DNA from: a virus
Taxonomy: Duplodnaviria > Caudoviricetes
IMG/VR virus record: IMGVR_UViG_2893967813_000002
Coordinates: 12,653 to 76,652 of that record
Strand: one strand, 5' to 3'
Length of the DNA stretch: 64,000 bases
Under the pieces are notes generated by a model. It worked only from the letters and a program-made list of their open reading frames with translations. It searched no databases and had not been told where the DNA came from. The position numbers and the translations under genes are program-made. Below are positions 8,782-17,876 of this stretch, piece after piece. Every line of letters starts with the position of its first letter. The first letter of the stretch is position 1.

Positions 8782-11478
8782 ATGATTAAAGAGATTAAAT
8801 ACAATGGTTATACCGCCAATCCGTCCGACTACGCATGTCCGGACGGAGATTTGGCAACATCAATAGGCTTTATTCCCGAAGATGGTTCACTTAAATCTAT
8901 ATTGCCACCATCTGAGGTGTTCCGGCTTGAAAGTGGGGCATCTGTCATGTATATCCATGAAACGGCAAACATAAAACATTACATCATCTTCAAAAACAAT
9001 GCGATTAGTTGGTGGGACGGCACAGATGAGCATGAACAGGTATCTCTTCGTACATTCAAGGAGATATACCAAATAAATGCCATTGGAAACACACTTCTCG
9101 TTTTGTCGGAAGATGGTATGCATTATTTCCTATGGAAAGGAAATGACGATGGGTATTTGTACCTCGGTACTAAAATTCCCGAATGCCCTTTGTCATTTGG
9201 TTTGCAAGGGGAAATGGTTCGCACGGATGAGTTCTCCATATCATTTGATGCCATTAACGAAGGTAGTATTTGGAATGAATTTTCAGATAGTAATAAAACA
9301 CGAATAACAGACCAAGTACTTGCACATGTAAACAAGTTTATTGCAGAGAGGTCAACCAATAAAGGAAAATTCCTTTTCCCGTTCTTTGTCCGATACGCCT
9401 ATCGCCTATACGATGGAACTTTGACAATGCATTCTGCCCCTATTCTGATGATTGCTTCATCTGACCTCGCACCGCAGGTTTTTTGGACGCACCTAACAGG
9501 AAAGGGGAAATATACGGATGCACAGCTGCGTGTATGCGGAATGCTACACGACCTTGACTATGCAGTCATTCATAATTCACGGCTTGAAATGATTAAGAAT
9601 TGGAGAGATATTGTTCGCTCGGTAGATGTTTTTGTTTCAAAACCGATTTATACATACGACCAAAACGGGAAATGCACACGGTTTGCTCAATCAGAAAGTT
9701 ATAATTCTTATTGCGTATGCAAGCATACCAATCAGGCTGCATCAACTTCAAAATACCCTCTTCGTTATCAGCGTCATACATTCAATAAACTGTATGCTTT
9801 TACTTTTGACCCGAACGGATTGACATATCCTGCCGGACGTTTGATGATTCCTCGTAGGAGCATTGATGATGTCAAAGAGGATATTCGCTCCACATCACAG
9901 TTCTATTTACTTGAGAGTATTCCTGTAGAGCAGCTTACAACGGCACGGACAAAATTGGTTGTTGAGGAAGACTATTTGCAGTCACTTGTCACTCGTGAGG
10001 TTATGACGGACGATTATGATAGCCATGATAAATTGTTGCCTAATTATTCTTTTGTGTATAACTCAAGGCTCAATCTTGCCAATATCAGGAAAGAACTATA
10101 TGACTTATATAATATTGGGGCAATGATACCATATACCAATGGTTATGTCGCACTCTGGAATGGAATGCCACCTACTCACATGGATGGAACGATGGGAGCG
10201 ACCGTTTACTTTTATATAAAACAAGATGGCCGGGATATTGTGGTTAGTGGAGAATCCTATCAGGTTTCATTCTATAGTCCTCCATTCTTATTTTTGTTCT
10301 ATCCCAATATAAACGCATATAAAGCAGTCATTGTAACTCACTATGGCATTCCTATGTATTATGAAGTCACATTGGAACAACATAAATTCCTCAATGGGTC
10401 TTTCTATTTTGCCGGTTGGGAAAATCCGAAAGAAGGTAGTAGCAGCTATCCTACTACAAGCCCATTGGTGGAAAGAATCATTGATTTGCCCAACAAAATA
10501 TATACATCGGAAGTGAACAACCCGTTTCATTTTCCGGTACTCGGCATCAATACGGTTGGAACAGGAACTATTCTCGGCATTTGCGCTGCTGTGAAAGCAT
10601 TGTCTGAAGGTCAGTTTGGACAGTTTCCTCTTTATGCCTTTACTACGGAAGGAGTATGGGCATTGGAAGTGTCTGCTACAGGAACATACTCTGCCAAACA
10701 ACCGATTACTCGTGATGTGGTCATCAATCCCGACAGCATTACCCAGATTGACACTGCCGTCCTGTTTGCTACCGATAGAGGTATTATGCACATCAGCGGC
10801 TCGTCCACACAATGTATATCCGACATCCTGAATACGGAGGATTTGTTCAGCATTGCCGACCTGCCTAAGTCTGATGCGTTGATAAACATCTTCAACGAAA
10901 AATCCGATGAAAGCGAAAAGATTACACTCGCAGACATCACGCTGTTGCCGTTCAACGAATTTCTACGAGGTTGCCGTATGGTGTATGACTATACCCACCA
11001 ACACATCATCGTATATAACAGTGCAGTGCGTTATGCTTATGTTTTCTCTTTGAAGTCAAAATTGTGGGGTATGATGTATTCCGATATTGTGGCTAATGTC
11101 AATTCCTATCCCGAAGCATTTGCCATGGCAGAAGGTTCGAGATTGGTCGATTTCTCCAAGTCTAATGCTGAGAATATAACAGCTCTAATTATTACTCGTC
11201 CGTTCAAGATGGATGCACCCGATTCGTTCAAGACTATAAATACTATCATACAGCGTGGTATGTTCCACTCGACCCATATCCGGCAGGTGCTGTATGGTTC
11301 AAACGACCTCATACATTGGCACGTTGTATGGAGCAGCGTGAATAACATTATGCGAGGCTTCAGGGGTACACCCTATAAATCCTACCGCCTTGCTCTTGTC
11401 TGCCGTTTTGATAAAGCGGAAAGCATATATGGATGTACCGTGGTGTTCGAGCCGCGTTTGACAAACCAAGTACGATAG
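8782..11478 (+). CDS. Virion stabilization/tail nozzle-like protein (P22 gp10/T7 gp12-type, inferred)
   Basis: 898 aa, beta-rich; C-terminal ALSEGQFGQFPLYAFTTEGVWALEV...PITRDV segment resembles podovirus stabilization proteins. Confidence 0.6.
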   Translation: MIKEIKYNGYTANPSDYACPDGDLATSIGFIPEDGSLKSILPPSEVFRLESGASVMYIHETANIKHYIIFKNNAISWWDGTDEHEQVSLRTFKEIYQINAIGNTLLVLSEDGMHYFLWKGNDDGYLYLGTKIPECPLSFGLQGEMVRTDEFSISFDAINEGSIWNEFSDSNKTRITDQVLAHVNKFIAERSTNKGKFLFPFFVRYAYRLYDGTLTMHSAPILMIASSDLAPQVFWTHLTGKGKYTDAQLRVCGMLHDLDYAVIHNSRLEMIKNWRDIVRSVDVFVSKPIYTYDQNGKCTRFAQSESYNSYCVCKHTNQAASTSKYPLRYQRHTFNKLYAFTFDPNGLTYPAGRLMIPRRSIDDVKEDIRSTSQFYLLESIPVEQLTTARTKLVVEEDYLQSLVTREVMTDDYDSHDKLLPNYSFVYNSRLNLANIRKELYDLYNIGAMIPYTNGYVALWNGMPPTHMDGTMGATVYFYIKQDGRDIVVSGESYQVSFYSPPFLFLFYPNINAYKAVIVTHYGIPMYYEVTLEQHKFLNGSFYFAGWENPKEGSSSYPTTSPLVERIIDLPNKIYTSEVNNPFHFPVLGINTVGTGTILGICAAVKALSEGQFGQFPLYAFTTEGVWALEVSATGTYSAKQPITRDVVINPDSITQIDTAVLFATDRGIMHISGSSTQCISDILNTEDLFSIADLPKSDALINIFNEKSDESEKITLADITLLPFNEFLRGCRMVYDYTHQHIIVYNSAVRYAYVFSLKSKLWGMMYSDIVANVNSYPEAFAMAEGSRLVDFSKSNAENITALIITRPFKMDAPDSFKTINTIIQRGMFHSTHIRQVLYGSNDLIHWHVVWSSVNNIMRGFRGTPYKSYRLALVCRFDKAESIYGCTVVFEPRLTNQVR

Positions 11479-11511
11479 TTTTCAGGTAAAACAGATTGTT
11501 TATAAAGAAGA

Positions 11512-11544
11512 AAGAGCCGGAATGCGTGATGCACCTCGGCTCTT
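11512..11544. terminator. Hairpin between convergent operons
   Basis: AAGAGCCG...CGGCTCTT inverted repeat. Confidence 0.65.
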
Positions 11545-11549
11545 GTCAT

Positions 11550-12080
11550 TTAAAACGGCTTGCATTTCCGTCTTATCTTGCCTTTTCTTGATACAAGCGA
11601 TGTCTGTATCTTTCTTTTCAGTTCCTTGAATTTCCCCTCCCAATTCGCTTGACTACCTGGATTGGTGATGCTCATCCAATCGGCAAGAACCCTGCATACA
11701 AGATACTCGTGTATCAGATGCTTCAGCAGCTTCACCGTAGTCATTGAAAAGCCAACCGGCAAATTCAGTACAATATCGTATGCTTCAGGAGCAGTCAGTA
11801 CATTATCGAAATTTTCTTGCGTCTCGCCTATTTCCGTTTTTGTATAGGGAAAAAGCATTTCCACACATTCGGCATGGGCAAGATTCAGTACCCTTGTTAC
11901 CCGGTCAATATTTCCTTTCTGACCGATGTCGAATACCTGATGCCGGGCGTGTACATCGTCTGTTTTCATGATGTCGCCCTCAACAAACGAATAGTTCTCG
12001 GCATCATATATCAGTTCCGACCGTTTGAATGTCAGTGTTACAGATTTAGTCTGTAGCTGATTATCATTACAGCAATACAT
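11550..12080 (-). CDS. Adaptor/tail tubular-like protein, paralog 3
   Basis: IHEYLVCRVLADWMSITN motif shared with neighbours. Confidence 0.55.
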   Translation of the reverse strand: MYCCNDNQLQTKSVTLTFKRSELIYDAENYSFVEGDIMKTDDVHARHQVFDIGQKGNIDRVTRVLNLAHAECVEMLFPYTKTEIGETQENFDNVLTAPEAYDIVLNLPVGFSMTTVKLLKHLIHEYLVCRVLADWMSITNPGSQANWEGKFKELKRKIQTSLVSRKGKIRRKCKPF

Positions 12081-12598
12081 TATTTATTGTATGTCGGTCG
12101 TTCCGGGCGACTGCGTTTATACAAAGCACGCTTCACATTCTCCAACGACACTCCCGAATGGGAAATATAGGTTTCTGCATCCTCCTTGTTGGTAATGGCG
12201 AACCAATCTCCAAGTGCCATGTCCACAAGGTAAGAATGTATGCCGTTTCCCAATGCGTCTGCCGATGAGTTATTGTAGTTGCTTGGCAACTCAAACGAAA
12301 GTTCAAGCACTCCGTCATTGTCAATCTGTTCGGCAATAAGGTTGTCGCTCGTGGTTTTGTCTTCCGACAGATATTCTCCGAGCAGGCTTTTTAGAGCCGA
12401 GAAAGCGTTGGCCAAGGAACGGCGGATTTGGTAGCTGTTCTCATCGTCATCACTTGCTTGCATGTTAGAGGCGGCTTCGTATGTCTTTTTGCCTTCTGCC
12501 TCTCGTGCCTGCCCGGTCAGGTATGCCTTGTTCTGAATGTCATAGATAAGTTCTTTGACTTGTTGCGTGACGGTCAATGTCTTTTTGTTCTCTGCCAT
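12080..12598 (-). CDS. Adaptor/tail tubular-like protein, paralog 2
   Basis: IHSYLVDMALGDWFAITN. Confidence 0.55.
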   Translation of the reverse strand: MAENKKTLTVTQQVKELIYDIQNKAYLTGQAREAEGKKTYEAASNMQASDDDENSYQIRRSLANAFSALKSLLGEYLSEDKTTSDNLIAEQIDNDGVLELSFELPSNYNNSSADALGNGIHSYLVDMALGDWFAITNKEDAETYISHSGVSLENVKRALYKRSRPERPTYNK

Positions 12599-12609
12599 AA
12601 TACATTTAT

Positions 12610-13068
12610 TTAATTGTTACTCGTATCGTATGTAGGGCGCATTGGCTTTTTCTTGAAAAACGCTTTGCGCATGATGTCCTCCAAATAGGTAGCGGCTTCC
12701 GAAGCATATCCGGTTGCTTCATTCTTGTTGGTAAATGTGTACCACTTGGCCGTGATGTTCATCACGAAGAATGAAAATAGGCTGCGTTGCATACTGGCAG
12801 TCAGACTGTCATCGAATGCTGTTGATAAACCTAATGTCAAAGAATACTCACCGTCCGTTTCTTTCTCCGATATAAGTACTTTTTTCAAACTATTGCAAAC
12901 CATATTCTTACACTCGTTCCAAAAGCGTTCAAGGATGGATTTATCCTCTTCGGTGGTCGAAATGGTTTCGTAGGCATGTTCATCATCCATCTTTGCCCCA
13001 GTGTATTCCGTTGTCTTTGCTACTTCCTCATACACGGTTTCTTTATTGATTTTCAATACTATCTCCAT
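12610..13068 (-). CDS. Adaptor/tail tubular-like protein, paralog 1
   Basis: FSFFVMNITAKWYTFTN. Confidence 0.55.
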   Translation of the reverse strand: MEIVLKINKETVYEEVAKTTEYTGAKMDDEHAYETISTTEEDKSILERFWNECKNMVCNSLKKVLISEKETDGEYSLTLGLSTAFDDSLTASMQRSLFSFFVMNITAKWYTFTNKNEATGYASEAATYLEDIMRKAFFKKKPMRPTYDTSNN

Positions 13069-13070
13069 AT

Positions 13071-13637
13071 TTAAAAACTAAATAGGTTATACGATATGCC
13101 CACTCCGAGGTAAGGGGCGAACTGTGGAGTTCCTCTCAATGTCATCCCATAGCCGACCTGTATGCCGATGCTCCATCTCTTGGGCTTTGGGCGTTTGGTT
13201 ATGGTCATGGTTTCATGCGGCATACGCAATATCAGGCTGTCAAGGCTTGTATTGTATCCGCTCACGTATGCTGTATAGGTGCTATCCTCATACACTTTCT
13301 GCGTAATCGGTATAAACACGTCCGCACTATCTGGAACGCTTTTGTCGAAATTCCCTAAACTATCCTGCGTATTGGGTACAAAATCGGGCGTTTTTGGGGG
13401 CGTTTCGGGTAATTTGGGAACGCTTACCGGCAATTTTGCGATTATATTTCCCAATGGCAAGGCCGCTTTGGGAACAGGCTTATAGTAAGGAATCGTGTCA
13501 TACACCGTCACCCTGACCGTGTCCGGCACCGCTGATTTCTCCTTGTGTCCGTTCAACCCCTTACCCCCATTCCACAGAACAGAGCCGATAAGCAGCATCA
13601 ACAGCACGCACAACAATATGTTTTTAGTCCTTTCCAT
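13071..13637 (-). CDS. Lysis-cassette membrane protein (spanin-like, inferred)
   Basis: N-terminal TM helix, Pro-rich linker, C-terminal WSIGIQVGYG...YLGVGISYNLF beta hairpin; follows the amidase. Confidence 0.55.
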   Translation of the reverse strand: MERTKNILLCVLLMLLIGSVLWNGGKGLNGHKEKSAVPDTVRVTVYDTIPYYKPVPKAALPLGNIIAKLPVSVPKLPETPPKTPDFVPNTQDSLGNFDKSVPDSADVFIPITQKVYEDSTYTAYVSGYNTSLDSLILRMPHETMTITKRPKPKRWSIGIQVGYGMTLRGTPQFAPYLGVGISYNLFSF

Positions 13638-14221
13638 ACTTGTAATCCCAATCCGTCAATGCTGTAACATGAGTTCGCACAATGGCATCACGCCCTTTAT
13701 CTGAAGTAAGGTAAGCTACATCCTGCTCATTGTCCATGAAAAAGTTTTCCGTAAGGACTGCAGGGCATTTTGTTTTGCGCAGGATATAGAAAGCTTCTTC
13801 CCAGTCAGGGTCACCGTCCGATAAACCTTACGGATTGTAAGTCCGGCAAAATTCTTTTCCGCTTCGGCATACAGCATGGTGGCAAGTTCATCGCTCTTGG
13901 TTTTGCCTTTGCTTGTATAGGCACTCCAACCACGGGCCTTGCCCCATTCACCGTTTTTCGATGCGTTGCAATGAATGGAAACAAGTACCACATTCTCAGC
14001 ACCAAAACGCCCACAAATCTCATTCACACGTCTTACTCGTTCTTCAAGGGGTATGTCTTCGCTTTCGGTTACAATGCGCTCCGCATCAATGCCCAAAAAT
14101 TTCAACTCTCCCTCGATGCTTTTTGCTATTTCTCGTGCGTAGCTGTATTCTCTGAACTTACCGTCAGGCTACGTTTTCCCGGAGTATTCTCGCCATGTCC
14201 GTTGTCAATCAATATTTTCAT
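13624..14221 (-). CDS. N-acetylmuramoyl-L-alanine amidase endolysin (Amidase_3), two frameshifts
   Basis: MKILIDNGHG, LVSIHCNA, FYILRKTKCPAVLTENFFMDN; restored by +1 nt near 14168 and near 13825. Confidence 0.85.
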
Positions 14222-14239
14222 GCTTGGTAATTTATTGGG

Positions 14240-14599
14240 TTAGTATTCGCTTGGCGGAATTCGGTCTGCACAACCGTGTTTGTTACATTTTCGGAATTCC
14301 AGTGCCTGATTTTGAACGGCAAGTTCGCTGTTCTTTTCACTTAGTTCGCGGATAGTGTCGCGATATTGGGTTATCTCAGTATAAAGGTGGTCAATCTTTG
14401 CGTCCAGTTCGGCAACCCGCTTTTCTTTCTTCTCGTACAATTCTTTCCACTCCGCAGCATAAGCTGTGATGTTGTCCGCCTCAGCTTTCTCAGCCTCGGA
14501 ATCTGCTTTTTTTGTCTTGCTTTTAATCAATAGTAAGGGTAATATCACCAATGTGATGAGAGAACCGATAACTTGGATAATCGTGCTTAATTGCTCCAT
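14240..14599 (-). CDS. Holin-like/coiled-coil membrane protein
   Basis: N-terminal TM helix plus coiled coil, upstream of the endolysin. Confidence 0.55.
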   Translation of the reverse strand: MEQLSTIIQVIGSLITLVILPLLLIKSKTKKADSEAEKAEADNITAYAAEWKELYEKKEKRVAELDAKIDHLYTEITQYRDTIRELSEKNSELAVQNQALEFRKCNKHGCADRIPPSEY

Positions 14600-14832
14600 A
14601 TCAAAGTTCCTCCAATTAAACATCCCAAACAAACTCCGGCTATCGTTAAACCGAAATCAATCCAATCCCATTTGCCGCCATGCGCCTTGTCCTTATATTC
14701 CAATGCACCTGCCGTCAATACTCCGGCATACACCCCGGTAAACCAACCGAGTGCAAAAATGCCGATAATCAGTCCTCCAATGAGGTGTTTCCACCTGTTG
14801 CTCATTCCGAGCCAATCAATAAACTTTTTCAT
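14587..14832 (-). CDS. Small multi-TM membrane protein (possible holin)
   Basis: RWKHLIGG...LEYKD...WDWIDFGLT, three hydrophobic segments. Confidence 0.55.
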   Translation of the reverse strand: MKKFIDWLGMSNRWKHLIGGLIIGIFALGWFTGVYAGVLTAGALEYKDKAHGGKWDWIDFGLTIAGVCLGCLIGGTLIWSN

Positions 14833-14840
14833 TGTCATCG

Positions 14841-15323
14841 CTATTTTAAATTAAACATAGTCCAATCCACACTGTCTTTTTCCCTCCATCCGTCCTGAAC
14901 GGTCTTTATCACATAGGCACACACCGATTGGGAGAACGCAATAAAATCATCTGCATTCTCGAAAGTATGATAGATGGGCGTACCATCTTCCTGTTCGTTG
15001 ATTTTTAGGGTAAGCGGATAAGGGATGTTTTCACTTCGCTCTATGGCGGAAAAGTTCAGTTGGTTCTCGGTAGAAAGGTATATCTGCTTCTTGTTCCAGA
15101 CAAAACCGTTTATAATCTTCTCCTCCGTTGTCTTGTTTATAGCGGACACGACAATCTCTTTGACCTCGGAAAGTGTAGGCTTGCGGTTGAATGTATGCCT
15201 GTATTCCCAACCGCTTTCACTCTTTTCATCGTCTTTCCAAAAGCCAAAAAACAATATCCACTTGGAGCGTCCTGTACGCACAAGACAATCCTGCCGCTGC
15301 TTTGTGCCGTAAATCTTTTCCAT
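14841..15323 (-). CDS. Hypothetical protein (DUF4376-like, tail fibre assembly-like)
   Basis: INGFVWN..IYLSTENQLNF...W..KDSVDW pattern. Confidence 0.5.
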   Translation of the reverse strand: MEKIYGTKQRQDCLVRTGRSKWILFFGFWKDDEKSESGWEYRHTFNRKPTLSEVKEIVVSAINKTTEEKIINGFVWNKKQIYLSTENQLNFSAIERSENIPYPLTLKINEQEDGTPIYHTFENADDFIAFSQSVCAYVIKTVQDGWREKDSVDWTMFNLK

Positions 15324-15345
15324 TTTTGTGAGTTTTGATTTCAGG

Positions 15346-15389
15346 CAAAAATAGCGGAATCCAAGTGGATTAATATGTTATCCTTTTAC
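15346..15389 (-). promoter_or_regulatory. Putative late promoter GTAAAAGGATAA-N24-TATTTTTG for the lysis cassette
   Basis: Plus-strand TTATCCTTTTAC 15378-15389 and CAAAAATA 15346-15353. Confidence 0.7.
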
Positions 15390-15391
15390 CA

Positions 15392-16879
15392 TCAGGTAAA
15401 ATTGTATTTTCTCTTTCCTCCGTCAAATACCTCGCATTTGAGAACCGTTTCAAATGGGAAACCATCTTCAATGTCGCTGATTTGGTCAAGAATGCCTTTC
15501 ATCTCAACAGAAGCTGTAAAGAACTTTCCCCATTCTTGGGTTGTAGGATTGCGGAAAGATACAAGATAACGGTCTTCTCCTTCTTTGGTATCTATACCCG
15601 TTTCAAAATCATGTATCTCAATTGGTATATTTACGATGTCACTCAATCTCATTACTTTTCCGGGAAAGCGTTTCTTTCCGTCAGCAGGAGTATATGTAAC
15701 TCCCATTTCTGAAAATTTCTTCATTTTCTTGTTTGTAAGTATGTAAAACAAATGTTTGCAATCAGCATGGCAAGCCATTCCTTTGAATGAACCTATGATT
15801 TCCTGCCTTCTTTTGCGTGATTTGACTTTGGCAAGATTTCTGGCTGCATTCTGTTTCGTCCGTTTCCTTAGCAAGGAATACTCCCCGAAATTCACATAAC
15901 CCAAAGCATCCATGCCGGATGAAATGGGGGCGACTTTCTCGCTGGGCTTGATGGTCAGTCCAAGTTTGGCACTTTCTTCATGTAGGCAATTCCTTAGTCT
16001 CCACAACTCCTTTTTGCTTTCGCCGAGGATAAAGGTGTCATCACAAAAACGGAAATAATATGACGCACCGTGCTGTTCTATCATCGCATGGTCAAGGTCA
16101 TTTAGATACAGGTTGCCGAAAAACTGGGAGGAACGAAGTCCCTTGCTGATACCGGCATCCGCATCGGGATATAACACTTTGACAAAATTCTCCAATATCG
16201 GCAGCAAAATCGGGTCGGCGATGTATTTCCTGATTTTGTCTATCAATATGCTATGAACGATATGGTCATAGTAGCCTTGATAGTCTGATTGATAGAAGTA
16301 TTTCAGGTTTGGATTTGCTTTCATTGCGGCTTGAATGGCATGAAACAAACCTTGCGGCCCTCTTCCCTTGATGGAAGCTGCAGTTGTCTCTATCAGAATG
16401 GGAGTAAGTTTTTCCTCTATGATTTCCATAATGGCATTACTGCCCATCCTTTCAAAGACAGCAGGGGCTTGGACTGTCCGTATTTTAGGACCGTCTTTCG
16501 TTTCAAAGGATTTTAGCGTGTTGACTCGGAAAATTCCATTTCCTATCTGTTCTTTCATTTTTGCAAGTATGGTATCTCGATTGAGTACATATCGTACTTG
16601 GCGTGCTGTGTACTTCTTTCCATCAATTAAGACAGAGTTCCTTTTTTCTGCTTCGGTAGAGGATTGGCTGAGGTTTGACAGCACACGCTTGAATGACGAC
16701 AATAGGTTTTCTTCCGTTATTATTTCGGGGATGAGGTTGTATAAAGGATAACTGACCGAAGGTGTTCCCCCGGTCAGTCCTATAAAATTGTCCGTATCAT
16801 CATAGACCGCCTTCCGGTCCCGTGAGGAGGATATGAAACCCTCCTCACTTGTGGTTAAAGATATGTTCCGGCTTTCCAT
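15392..16879 (-). CDS. DGR reverse transcriptase with C-terminal extension
   Basis: ASIKGRG, YQSDYQGYY, GISKGLRSSQ (DGR-type GxxxSQ), YFRFCDD, LGY; adjacent TR. Confidence 0.95.
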   Translation of the reverse strand: MESRNISLTTSEEGFISSSRDRKAVYDDTDNFIGLTGGTPSVSYPLYNLIPEIITEENLLSSFKRVLSNLSQSSTEAEKRNSVLIDGKKYTARQVRYVLNRDTILAKMKEQIGNGIFRVNTLKSFETKDGPKIRTVQAPAVFERMGSNAIMEIIEEKLTPILIETTAASIKGRGPQGLFHAIQAAMKANPNLKYFYQSDYQGYYDHIVHSILIDKIRKYIADPILLPILENFVKVLYPDADAGISKGLRSSQFFGNLYLNDLDHAMIEQHGASYYFRFCDDTFILGESKKELWRLRNCLHEESAKLGLTIKPSEKVAPISSGMDALGYVNFGEYSLLRKRTKQNAARNLAKVKSRKRRQEIIGSFKGMACHADCKHLFYILTNKKMKKFSEMGVTYTPADGKKRFPGKVMRLSDIVNIPIEIHDFETGIDTKEGEDRYLVSFRNPTTQEWGKFFTASVEMKGILDQISDIEDGFPFETVLKCEVFDGGKRKYNFT

Positions 16880-16984
16880 AAATAATATATTATAATGCTT
16901 TTGCCGAGGCGCGAACCCCTCGGAGAATATAATTGCCCAACTCGTAGGCGTATAGGGTCTCCGATTAGTTAACCATCAGAATTT

Positions 16985-17094
16985 GAGCCGACCACCGTAG
17001 TTCGTGTTCGAGTTCGAAGATGCGTTGTTCGCGTTCGCATAAGCGAGACCGGAGTTCGCATTCGAGTTGTTGCCAGACCGAAGAACACAGCGGC
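16985..17094 (-). ncRNA. DGR template repeat (TR)
   Basis: 110-bp copy of 17969-18078 with 10 AAY codons; all differences at adenines. Confidence 0.96.
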
Positions 17095-17119
17095 GCGCGG
17101 GGTTGTCTGCCTTTATGTA

Positions 17120-17422
17120 TCAAATGGCGAATTTTCCTAAACCTACTATTTCAAGGTTGATACTCATTCCCATTGCACGAAATACTTTTCTGATTGTCTG
17201 TATGGTAAGATTGCTTCCTTTCTCAATGCGAGAAATCTGCGCTTTCTTAACTCCAATCATTTCGCCAAGCTGTTCCTGAGTGATGTTTCTTGATTCACGG
17301 GCTTGTTTGATTGCCTCACCAATCAAGAACGCATCAACCTTTGCTTCATATTCGTCACGTCTTGGAGTTCCTTTAACCCCAATTACGCTGTCCAGCATTT
17401 CTTCGTGAGTGTAAAGTTTCAT
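17120..17422 (-). CDS. higA: HigA-like XRE HTH antitoxin
   Basis: IKQARESRNITQEQLGEMIGVKKAQISRIEKG; ATGA overlap with the upstream toxin. Confidence 0.85.
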   Translation of the reverse strand: MKLYTHEEMLDSVIGVKGTPRRDEYEAKVDAFLIGEAIKQARESRNITQEQLGEMIGVKKAQISRIEKGSNLTIQTIRKVFRAMGMSINLEIVGLGKFAI

Positions 17423-17763
17423 ATCTTCTGCTTTTTATCGTTAAAATACTGTTTTCTAATATTCTCTGCCTTATCAATTTCTTTTGATGGGGTCTTCTGC
17501 GTTTTCTTTATAAAGCCGTGAGTGGCAATTACCAAAGTGTCCTCTTCTGTATCCCAAAATGCCAAAAGCCGATAACAGATGCCATTGTAAAGCGTTCTGA
17601 ACTCCCAAATATCCGTACCTTCCAATTTCTTAAAAAGTTCTTTGTCTATGACAACTCTACTTTTGAAGATATTATAAGCGATTTTATCTTGTACCTTCTC
17701 CGGCAAAGAATGGATAAATTCATAAGCTTCTTCTGTATAAACTATTTTGAATCTCGTTTCCAT
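17419..17763 (-). CDS. higB: HigB/RelE-family (Gp49-like) toxin
   Basis: KKLEGTDIWEFR...YRLLAF...THGFIKKTQKTP; toxin-first gene order. Confidence 0.85.
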   Translation of the reverse strand: METRFKIVYTEEAYEFIHSLPEKVQDKIAYNIFKSRVVIDKELFKKLEGTDIWEFRTLYNGICYRLLAFWDTEEDTLVIATHGFIKKTQKTPSKEIDKAENIRKQYFNDKKQKI

Positions 17764-17784
17764 TATTAACTTGATTTCCTTTTG

Positions 17785-17818
17785 CAAAGGTAATAAACAG
17801 TTTACATATAAAGAAACT
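17785..17818 (-). promoter_or_regulatory. higBA promoter (-7 TACCTTTG) with candidate operator AGTTT-N10-AAACT
   Basis: CAAAGGTA 17785-17792; inverted repeat 17799-17818; no late-promoter motif. Confidence 0.55.
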
Positions 17819-17876
17819 TTTCGCTGTCTTTTTACATGAATGATTTATAATCGACTCGCTTCGCGAGAATAAAGAA

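Noticed and set aside
15392-16879. RT as group II intron, retron or Abi RT
   Set aside because: GxxxSQ motif and an adjacent TR/VR pair with adenine-only mismatches identify a DGR.
17120-17422. The gene upstream of TR as a divergent avd
   Set aside because: It has a clear XRE HTH and is coupled to a RelE-fold gene, unlike four-helix-bundle Avd.
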